Virus record (IMG/VR): IMGVR_UViG_3300032321_001739
DNA length: 64,000 nt
Direction: 5' to 3' (one strand)
Origin: an uncultured virus (IMG/VR IMGVR_UViG_3300032321_001739)
Taxonomy: Duplodnaviria > Heunggongvirae > Uroviricota > Caudoviricetes
Part shown: positions 41,322-48,721 of the stretch, one piece after another
How positions within the stretch are numbered: the stretch's first letter is position 1
Layout of the letters: each line of letters opens with the position of its first letter
Notes under the pieces: model-generated
Seen by the model: the letters and a program-made list of their open reading frames with translations, nothing else
The model's database searches: none
Told to the model about the DNA's origin: nothing
Program-made: the position numbers and the translations under genes

Positions 41322-41947
41322 AACACTTAAAAACATATAAGGTATTTGAGTCAATTGACACTGAAATAAATTTTGATAAAATTGTAGAAGTCCTTTCAAC
41401 CGAATGCTCAGAATTTTTAGAAATTTTAGAGACATTTAATATTGAAGGTCTTTACCGTGGTCACAAGTTGTGGGATGATGGAAATATAGTTAAAGGATTT
41501 TGGAAGATAACTCCATTTGAAAAGAGACTTCCAAGAGATACTAAATCACAAATAAGTAAATTATTAGACGAAGGTCTTCAAAAGAAATTTGGAATTCCAC
41601 TAAGAAGTAAAGGTATATTTGTAAGTAAAGATATGTCAATTGCAAAAGACTATGGTAAATTTAGAAATACCGCTTTTTTATTCTTTCCAAAAAATGGATT
41701 TAGATACTTTTGGAATCCACAAATAGATGACCTTTATACAGAACTAAGAGATAATACAAGTTGGTATAATAAGGAACCTTTTTTCTGGAACTCAAGCGAG
41801 AAGAGAGACTTTCAGGAAATAATTGATGGTTATCAAGAAGGTGAAATTGAGAAAGTTAAGTGGCAAGAATTAACTTTTATTTGTGATGAGTATTACTTAC
41901 TTGATTTAGAATATTATGACCAATTCTTAAATTATTTCATTAGATGA
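41318..41947 (+). CDS. N-tagged protein, possible ADP-ribosyltransferase-like fold; paralog of 40331..40975
   Basis: LYRG...R.PRDT...RSKGIFVS...QELTFICDEYY. Confidence 0.5.
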   Translation: MKHLKTYKVFESIDTEINFDKIVEVLSTECSEFLEILETFNIEGLYRGHKLWDDGNIVKGFWKITPFEKRLPRDTKSQISKLLDEGLQKKFGIPLRSKGIFVSKDMSIAKDYGKFRNTAFLFFPKNGFRYFWNPQIDDLYTELRDNTSWYNKEPFFWNSSEKRDFQEIIDGYQEGEIEKVKWQELTFICDEYYLLDLEYYDQFLNYFIR

Positions 41948-41978
41948 AACAAATTTACTAACTTTACATAAAAATTAA

Positions 41979-42284
41979 ATGGTAAAGTTATTTTCTTATG
42001 GAACTCTTATAGATAAAGAAGTTCAATTGCGTGAATTTAGACAAGAGTTTAGTGTTGAACCAACATTAGATGGGGTAAAAGGATTTTTAATCGATAAAAT
42101 CGAAATTGAAGGTGAGTTTTATTACTGTGCAATTGAACGACCGGAATCAATTATATTAGGTCAAATCGTCTATATTCCAGAAGATTTGATGGATTTAGTT
42201 GATGAATATGAAGGAGAAGACTATAAAAAGGTCAATATTACGACACTTTCTGATGTTGAATGTTTAATGTATGTTAAAAAATGA
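41979..42284 (+). CDS. Gamma-glutamylcyclotransferase (AIG2-like)
   Basis: LFSYGTL and DEYEG..Y motifs. Confidence 0.8.
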   Translation: MVKLFSYGTLIDKEVQLREFRQEFSVEPTLDGVKGFLIDKIEIEGEFYYCAIERPESIILGQIVYIPEDLMDLVDEYEGEDYKKVNITTLSDVECLMYVKK

Positions 42285-42631
42285 GCACCTTTGGTAAAAA
42301 ATACTTAAATTACTGGCCCTATGATTTTGATAATCTAAATGTAGATATGCCTCGTTGGAACAAAACACCAAAAGAATTTCAATTAGAAATCTTAAAGAAG
42401 TGGTATCCAATTGGAATGAAGGGTAAATGTATTTTGGTTGGAAGTAATAAACCATCACAGACGACTGTTGAGATAACTGGATATTTAGAATTTATTTGGG
42501 GTTATACTTTAGATGTTGATTATGTTGATAGTAACTATAGAAAGGATATTCATCCAATTAGATTTATTCCAGAACAAGAAGATAGACTAAGAATTTTAAG
42601 AGAACTTAGATTGGATAAGTTATTAGACTAA
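42281..42631 (+). CDS. Hypothetical protein with C-terminal tag
   Basis: Ends LRELRLDKLLD. Confidence 0.65.
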   Translation: MSTFGKKYLNYWPYDFDNLNVDMPRWNKTPKEFQLEILKKWYPIGMKGKCILVGSNKPSQTTVEITGYLEFIWGYTLDVDYVDSNYRKDIHPIRFIPEQEDRLRILRELRLDKLLD

Positions 42632-43012
42632 TCCATCTAAGTTCTTTCTTCGTCTATAAATCTTTTTTGACTTTTCTTTTTCTTCTTCAACAAATCCTTC
42701 TCGAGCATACATATAATTTCCATAGTAAAGAAGTGTAGCATCTTCTAAATTCTCTTTAATGCAATCATCACAGATAGCAATAACAAATTGATCACCGTCA
42801 TGAACTGATCCATAACCTGCATCAATGATGTGTATGATTCCATTGTCAATCATTTCATTATTGACATTGACTAAACTACCATCCGGTCTTTTGGAATCTT
42901 TCCAAAGAATATCTTCTTCTTCAACTTTTTCTTCTAGACCTCTCATACTTTCTTTAGTATAAGAGAATTTATCAGGAATTACGTTATTCTTTTTACAACA
43001 AATACAATACAT
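42623..43012 (-). CDS. C4 zinc-binding protein with C-terminal tag
   Basis: CICC...ICDDC; ends RRKNLDGLV. Confidence 0.6.
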   Translation of the reverse strand: MYCICCKKNNVIPDKFSYTKESMRGLEEKVEEEDILWKDSKRPDGSLVNVNNEMIDNGIIHIIDAGYGSVHDGDQFVIAICDDCIKENLEDATLLYYGNYMYAREGFVEEEKEKSKKIYRRRKNLDGLV

Positions 43013-43158
43013 TATTGGAATATTTTTTTAATTTTCATTTTTCTTATGATAGCTCGTAAAAAAGACTTTCTCATACTTGATCCAATATTATATGATTTTT
43101 GAGTATTTGGATATAAAGAGGCAAAGTCGATGTTTATTATGGTATTAATGTATTCCAT
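43012..43158 (-). CDS. 48-aa peptide with PolB motif-A-like DFASLYP and C-terminal tag (not in ORF track)
   Basis: MEYINTIINIDFASLYPNTQKSYNIGSSMRKSFLRAIIRKMKIKKIFQ*; TAATG-coupled to the next gene. Confidence 0.65.
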   Translation of the reverse strand: MEYINTIINIDFASLYPNTQKSYNIGSSMRKSFLRAIIRKMKIKKIFQ

Positions 43159-43184
43159 ATTCTCTTATTTTTTTTTCTTTCAAC

Positions 43185-43799
43185 TTATTGAATCCATTTC
43201 TCTGCTACCTTTCTAAAGTCTGTTAGAATTTCATTTCTAAGTTCTCTAAACTCATTATCTAATTCTTCCCAAGTCCATTCTTTACTTATTAACTTTTTCC
43301 AAATCGGATTAGCCGCCTCGAAGTCATAAATAGTTCCTTTAGTTGCAACTTGAGTTGCGAACATCGGAATTCTAAGTGAATGAAAAATAGATTTTATTCC
43401 AGTGTAATAGTCTCCAATTTCCAATTTCTTCTTACACTTTACCCAACTATTAGAACTTATATGAGAAGTTGCATGTCTTAGTTTAGGAAAATCTATATCT
43501 AAATTGTAAGTAATGTTTTCTTGTAGTTTGGCCCAGGATGGGGCAAAAATACATTCTAAGTTGTTTATACGATGCCATTCTAAATCCTCTTTAAACTTAT
43601 CTGGTGTGTAAATATGAATGTTATACTTTTCTCCTTTCAACTCAATTGCTTCTACTGAATTGTTTGCAACCATTATGATATCCCAATCAGAATTCTCTGA
43701 GTTGGTTTTGTAAACACGACTTCCAAAGACATAGATGTTATGCACCCGTTTTGTATGAAGTCCCGAATGAAGTATTATATCTGATGCAGTTGGTATCAT
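43185..43799 (-). CDS. Pol-beta superfamily nucleotidyltransferase
   Basis: VFGSRVY....SDWD motif; TATATTTG promoter just upstream. Confidence 0.8.
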   Translation of the reverse strand: MIPTASDIILHSGLHTKRVHNIYVFGSRVYKTNSENSDWDIIMVANNSVEAIELKGEKYNIHIYTPDKFKEDLEWHRINNLECIFAPSWAKLQENITYNLDIDFPKLRHATSHISSNSWVKCKKKLEIGDYYTGIKSIFHSLRIPMFATQVATKGTIYDFEAANPIWKKLISKEWTWEELDNEFRELRNEILTDFRKVAEKWIQ

Positions 43800-43821
43800 A
43801 ATTTAGCAAATATAAGGAAAA

Positions 43822-44073
43822 TTATAATAACTGACTTAATTTTAACTCTCTAATAATTGGAGTTAAAAGAAGTCTCTGATTATCTGGAAGTCCAACCAAA
43901 CAACTTTGTAGTAAAACCGTGAAGTGAGAAACTTCAACTTGGTCTTCAGATTCATATTTAGATTCCAGTTCTCTTTCAATTGTTCTAAGATTTGCTGCTA
44001 AACTATACATCTGTTTATCAATTGCGGTTTTTTTAATACTCTTAATTGTTTCTATCACTAATTTAGATTTCAT
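43822..44073 (-). CDS. UVR (UvrB/C, ClpC M-domain-like) protein with C-terminal tag
   Basis: KKTAIDKQMYSLAANLRTIEREL; ends IIRELKLSQLL. Confidence 0.6.
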   Translation of the reverse strand: MKSKLVIETIKSIKKTAIDKQMYSLAANLRTIERELESKYESEDQVEVSHFTVLLQSCLVGLPDNQRLLLTPIIRELKLSQLL

Positions 44074-44105
44074 AAAATAATATATAAAAAAAACTATATT
44101 AAGTT

Positions 44106-45080
44106 ATGGCTAATGATCCAAAAACAATAAAAGAAGATTGGGGAGTTGATCCTCTTGAAGGAGTTCAATTAAATGAAGTTCAACAAATAATAGTTGATGA
44201 AGCTTTAGGAAATTCAACTTCACTTAGAACCGAAAAAGAAGTAAGTAATGATTTAGAAAATAGATATTCAGGTCTATTTAGTCAATGTGATGGTTTAATT
44301 AAATCATTAGATGGAACATCACTTAAAAGACTTTTAAGAAATGTTTATATCAATGAAAATCCAAAATGGCATCCAGAAAGAAATTCACTTGTTCATATCA
44401 AAATTGTTATGTCCAGAGGAATCGAAACAGGAGATGATGATTTAATCCAAACAGCTCTTTATCATGATATTTCAAAATTTGATACGGTCTCATTCAATAA
44501 ACAAGGATGGCCGACATCACTCGGACATGACAAAGCAGGAGCAGAAGTTGCAACTACAGATGGTGCAAATGAAGTAGTGGTTTATGTATGTGCTAAACAT
44601 ATGGTTATTAAAGGATGGCAGGGTGCATCAGAAGGTGGTGAATTAAATCCTTCTACAAAATTTAAAATATTTGCAGAAGCGCCCGGCGCTGATAATAATG
44701 AAAAAGCAAAAGCATTTTGGAAACTATGTGTGTTTTCTAAAATGGATAATATGGGAAATGAATTTAATGCAGATTCTTTAAAATGGGATAATCCAAGTTA
44801 TGATAAGTGGGATGAAGAATGTCCTTTAAAAGATCAATTTAAAAAGTCAGAATTGGTTCAGATTGTAGAAGAAAAGAAACCACTTGCATTCACTGTTCCA
44901 GAAATTATTAAGATGGGAGCTGTTGGTCCTCAGATTGGTCAAATCAATAGAGAGATTGTTGGGAAATCAAGAGAAGAAGCTTTTGAGATTATCAAACAGA
45001 TATTAGGCAAACCTGATTTAACAATGGAGTCTAAAAAATGGATTAAAACATTTGAGAGTTTTAGAAAGAGATTAAGCTAA
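44106..45080 (+). CDS. HD-domain phosphohydrolase-like protein, with the head-tag motif at its C-terminus
   Basis: WHPE..SL.HI, ALYHDISK, GHD..GA and KHM; ends KWIKTFESF. Confidence 0.7.
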   Translation: MANDPKTIKEDWGVDPLEGVQLNEVQQIIVDEALGNSTSLRTEKEVSNDLENRYSGLFSQCDGLIKSLDGTSLKRLLRNVYINENPKWHPERNSLVHIKIVMSRGIETGDDDLIQTALYHDISKFDTVSFNKQGWPTSLGHDKAGAEVATTDGANEVVVYVCAKHMVIKGWQGASEGGELNPSTKFKIFAEAPGADNNEKAKAFWKLCVFSKMDNMGNEFNADSLKWDNPSYDKWDEECPLKDQFKKSELVQIVEEKKPLAFTVPEIIKMGAVGPQIGQINREIVGKSREEAFEIIKQILGKPDLTMESKKWIKTFESFRKRLS

Positions 45081-45401
45081 TATCTTATCTAATTTTAATT
45101 CTCTAATTTTTTGGATATCTAATTTTAAGGTCTCAATTGATGAATACTGAAATTTTTCTCCACCATCATACGACCAAAGTTTTTGCCCATAATGAGCATC
45201 ACTTAATGAGTTTTGTATAACTTTAACCCAGTCTAAAGGTTTAACTAAAATCACTTGTTGATTTTCATTATAAATAAGTTGAAAAGCATAAACGCCTTCT
45301 TTGACATATTTGCGTATTTCAGATGAAATAACAAAACCAAATAGAAGATTATATCTCACTATGTGTTTATTTAACACATCATTTACAAAATCTTCAATCA
45401 T
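45072..45401 (-). CDS. Hypothetical protein with C-terminal tag
   Basis: Ends IRELKLDKILA. Confidence 0.65.
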   Translation of the reverse strand: MIEDFVNDVLNKHIVRYNLLFGFVISSEIRKYVKEGVYAFQLIYNENQQVILVKPLDWVKVIQNSLSDAHYGQKLWSYDGGEKFQYSSIETLKLDIQKIRELKLDKILA

Positions 45402-45679
45402 ATTCCTAATTCTTTTAACTTCTTATTTCTTTCTAACTTAACTTTTCTTTCAATATAATCACAAACTCCAGAACCAAAATGAGATATTGTTCCTAATTGT
45501 CCAGGCTTATTTGGCTTACTGTGTCTAAGAAAATCAACCCATTCATTCCAAATCAAAAAAGTCATTTCTTCTCCAACATAATAATCTTTAGATGTTGTGC
45601 CATTATTCAAAAACTCATCTATTTTAGTTATAACAACAACGTCACCTGGTCTTAATGATTTTAATTCTTCTAATGTCAT
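45398..45679 (-). CDS. KOW/SH3-like small protein with C-terminal tag
   Basis: LRPGDVVVI; ends RNKKLKELGI. Confidence 0.65.
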   Translation of the reverse strand: MTLEELKSLRPGDVVVITKIDEFLNNGTTSKDYYVGEEMTFLIWNEWVDFLRHSKPNKPGQLGTISHFGSGVCDYIERKVKLERNKKLKELGI

Positions 45680-45927
45680 ATTCCAATCTCACTTAATATC
45701 TTTTCTCTCCACACTTCTAAAGTAACAAAGTTCTTTGTTGGAAACCACTCTAATTCACCACATCCCTCTAAGTTTAGAAAGTTATTATTCCAATCGACTA
45801 TTCCATCAATGTTAAATATAAGTTCTCCTTCATAAACTTTACCATATTCTAACGGATCTTCTAATTTAAGAGTGGGAGCTCCGCCTAACTTATTTGTAAA
45901 ATTGGTATCTATACAAACTACTTTCAT
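45676..45927 (-). CDS. SH3-like small protein with C-terminal tag
   Basis: KVVCI...LEYGKVYE...WFPTKNF; ends REKILSEIGI. Confidence 0.65.
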   Translation of the reverse strand: MKVVCIDTNFTNKLGGAPTLKLEDPLEYGKVYEGELIFNIDGIVDWNNNFLNLEGCGELEWFPTKNFVTLEVWREKILSEIGI

Positions 45928-46463
45928 ATTCCTAAATCATCTAATTTACTATCTCTTAAAAACTCTTTTATAAGCAAATTCAGTTCATACTTTCCATCTA
46001 TACAATCTCTTTCTAAAATCCTAATAGGTCTTAATCTCATCGTATAAGTTTTCCTAACATTTATATTAAGATGGTTTAATTCCATAATAGGATCAGTTCC
46101 GGATGTGCGTTGAATACTTTTATCTTTTGATAAGATATGATAAGTCATTAAACGAATCGATTGCATCTTATTTGTATTAGTAACTAAATTCGACTTAAAG
46201 TAATCTACTTTATCAAAAGTAATCTCAACTAAGAAATTAAATTTATCTGTAACCTCTGATAAATTTGATGGATTAGTTTTATAAAACTGACGATCTTCAA
46301 CATGAGAATAGGAAATAACTCCATCACTTTCTGAAACTGTGATATCATCAATTGAAAAAAAATCATCAGATGTTAATTCCTCAAAATTCTTTTCATTTGG
46401 ATACCATCTTAAAAAGACCAAACTAATTTTCTGAGTATTGTTTATGTTGTAATCAATTTTCAT
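45924..46463 (-). CDS. Hypothetical protein with C-terminal tag
   Basis: Ends LRDSKLDDLGI. Confidence 0.65.
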   Translation of the reverse strand: MKIDYNINNTQKISLVFLRWYPNEKNFEELTSDDFFSIDDITVSESDGVISYSHVEDRQFYKTNPSNLSEVTDKFNFLVEITFDKVDYFKSNLVTNTNKMQSIRLMTYHILSKDKSIQRTSGTDPIMELNHLNINVRKTYTMRLRPIRILERDCIDGKYELNLLIKEFLRDSKLDDLGI

Positions 46464-46581
46464 TAAATAACTTTTTAATTTTGTTCATCCTCACATACTG
46501 TCTAATACCAAAATGGTATTTAGACACACCTGATGCCGTCAATAACTTTTCATAGAAATATTTTAATTCGTTATTTAACAT
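46453..46581 (-). CDS. 42-aa peptide resembling a portal-protein helix, with C-terminal tag (not in ORF track)
   Basis: MLNNELKYFYEKLLTASGVSKYHFGIRQYVRMNKIKKLFNEN*; fills the gap between two tagged genes and overlaps both. Confidence 0.6.
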   Translation of the reverse strand: MLNNELKYFYEKLLTASGVSKYHFGIRQYVRMNKIKKLFNEN

Positions 46582-46913
46582 ACCCAATATTGATATTCAT
46601 TTTCGTCTCTTAAGACTTCATCTATTTTTAACTCTCTCTCATAAGCAATCATCTTACCTAAAGTTTCTCTCAAGAAACTCAAAGTCTTTTTCTTTCTTAA
46701 TTCACTTCTATAATTAGTAAGTTCAAGTTCTTCAATACTCGTCTTAAACATTTCAAGATTAGCCTTCATATCTTGATAGTAGTTATTAGATTTCTGCCAA
46801 TAAATAATCTCACCATCTTTTAAGATGATATAAATATCTTTCTCTTTGAAAGGACATTGAAGTTCCTCAATGATTTGATATTGCTCGCCTCTGTTATTTA
46901 TTATAAACCTCAT
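46575..46913 (-). CDS. Hypothetical protein with near-terminal tag
   Basis: ERELKIDEVL; first gene after TATATTTGTA (46919-46928, minus). Confidence 0.6.
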   Translation of the reverse strand: MRFIINNRGEQYQIIEELQCPFKEKDIYIILKDGEIIYWQKSNNYYQDMKANLEMFKTSIEELELTNYRSELRKKKTLSFLRETLGKMIAYERELKIDEVLRDENEYQYWVC

Positions 46914-46974
46914 ATTACTACAAATATAATAATTTTTTTAATATATACAATGTGAAACACTTAAAAACATAATT

Positions 46975-47511
46975 ATGAAACACCTAAAAAGATTTAATGA
47001 GAATATAACTTCTGATAATAGAGGGGAAAGATATCAGTCTATGATGGATCTTGTAAAAGCTTTTGATAAGAGTATAATTACACCACCAACTGAACAAATC
47101 CCTATAAGTCAGGTTTATAAAGGCATTATTATTAAAACGGTAAATAAAGTTGACACAACTGGCTTAGGTGGAAAAATTGGCTCCTCTAATACAGAACTTC
47201 CCGGAGTTGAGGTTCATTGTGATATTCAATCAGATTGGTTTCACAGAAAACCAGATACAGAAAATAAAAACTTCCAAACAAACTGGATTTATATAGGTCA
47301 AGTTCATCACTACTCTGTCCTTCCTGGTCACTTTAATCTTTGTTTTTATGAAAGCGAAGGTGGAGTAAAACAAAGAGTATCTGCTAATTTTAATGTTGAT
47401 TTTCATGACCACTTAATACTTAACTACAATGACGTAAATCATGCTGAATTAGAAAATCTACTTTCCGAATTTGGAATTGAAGTAGATGAAATGTGGGGAA
47501 TTCCAAGATAA
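46975..47511 (+). CDS. Putative internal head protein
   Basis: Starts MKHLKRFNE. Confidence 0.6.
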   Translation: MKHLKRFNENITSDNRGERYQSMMDLVKAFDKSIITPPTEQIPISQVYKGIIIKTVNKVDTTGLGGKIGSSNTELPGVEVHCDIQSDWFHRKPDTENKNFQTNWIYIGQVHHYSVLPGHFNLCFYESEGGVKQRVSANFNVDFHDHLILNYNDVNHAELENLLSEFGIEVDEMWGIPR

Positions 47512-47594
47512 TCTTTCAATATAATTTATTGTAATTAAAATTCAGACTAAACTTTTCTCTTAACATTACATATTAAATCTATAAACTAATAATT

Positions 47595-48320
47595 ATGGAT
47601 TACGGAAAAGATTTTAAAAAGTATGCACTAAGTGAAGGTTTGACTTCAATGAACCTCAATTACTACGAACAACAAATTGAAGGGTCAATGACACCTTATA
47701 TCTTAGAAGAAAGAGAAATGCGTGTGACACAAATGGATATTTTCTCGAGATTAATGAGAGATAGAATTCTTTGGGTCGCTGGTGTGGTTAATGACCAAAT
47801 GTCAACAGTTGTTCAAGCACAACTTATGTATTTAGACTCAGTTGAAAAACGAGACATCACAATGCATATTGACTCACCAGGTGGATCAGTAAAGTCAGGT
47901 TTATCAATGATTGATGTGATGAATTATATCAACTCGGATATTCAAACAATCAATACAGGAATGGCAGCATCAATGGGGTCTGTTCTACTTTCATCAGGAA
48001 CAAAAGGAAAACGTTCTTCACTTTTTAACTCTAGAGTTATGACACACCAAGTCAGTCACGGAATGCAAGGAAACATTCAGGACACAACAATCTCACACAT
48101 CGAGGGACATAAATACAATTATATCTTATTTAATATTTTGGCACAAAATTGTGGTAAAACATTTGAAGAAATGATTGAAAGTTCTCGCAGAGATAAATGG
48201 TTCAACTCACACGAAGCGTTAGAATTTGGTCTTATAGATGAAGTTATTGGGGACCAATCAATGGATAAAATGTTAGTAGGATTTGATGATTATTATAACA
48301 GAGAAGTTCTCTCAAAATAA
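47595..48320 (+). CDS. clpP: ATP-dependent Clp protease proteolytic subunit
   Basis: MDIFSRLMRDRI, IDSPGGSV, AASMGS (Ser), MTHQ (His) and RDKWF (Asp). Confidence 0.95.
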   Translation: MDYGKDFKKYALSEGLTSMNLNYYEQQIEGSMTPYILEEREMRVTQMDIFSRLMRDRILWVAGVVNDQMSTVVQAQLMYLDSVEKRDITMHIDSPGGSVKSGLSMIDVMNYINSDIQTINTGMAASMGSVLLSSGTKGKRSSLFNSRVMTHQVSHGMQGNIQDTTISHIEGHKYNYILFNILAQNCGKTFEEMIESSRRDKWFNSHEALEFGLIDEVIGDQSMDKMLVGFDDYYNREVLSK

Positions 48321-48346
48321 TAAATACAATAAAAATAAATAAAAAT

Positions 48347-48721
48347 ATGAAAAATTTAATTTTAACTTTTGTCTTTGGTCTTATCTCTTTAGTTTCCTTT
48401 TCTCAATCACAAATTGATTTTGTTGAATTAACTCATGACTTTGGTCAAGTTCAATTCAATGGAGATACCTTAGTGACTCAGTTTTGGTTTAAAAATAGAG
48501 GAACATCTGATTTAGAGATTTACGATGCTAAAGGATCTTGTGGATGTACTATAGCTGATTATCCAAAAAATGTTCCAGTTGGAACCGGTGGTTCTATCAC
48601 TGTTAAATACTACAATAATAATCCAGGATTCATCAATAAAAGCGTAACTGTAACAACAAACGATCCAAACAATACTGTTATTGTTTTACGAATTAAAGGT
48701 GAAACCTATAAACCGGAATAA
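48347..48721 (+). CDS. Secreted DUF1573-like Ig-fold protein
   Basis: Signal peptide; HDFG...F.N.G...L.I...SCGCT...K...V.TN....L.IKG. Confidence 0.8.
   Translation: MKNLILTFVFGLISLVSFSQSQIDFVELTHDFGQVQFNGDTLVTQFWFKNRGTSDLEIYDAKGSCGCTIADYPKNVPVGTGGSITVKYYNNNPGFINKSVTVTTNDPNNTVIVLRIKGETYKPE

Noticed and set aside
43185..43799. CBASS cyclase or MNT-HEPN toxin-antitoxin pair
   Set aside because: Only the minimal GS...DxD motif is visible; no effector or HEPN (Rx4-6H) partner is recognisable nearby.
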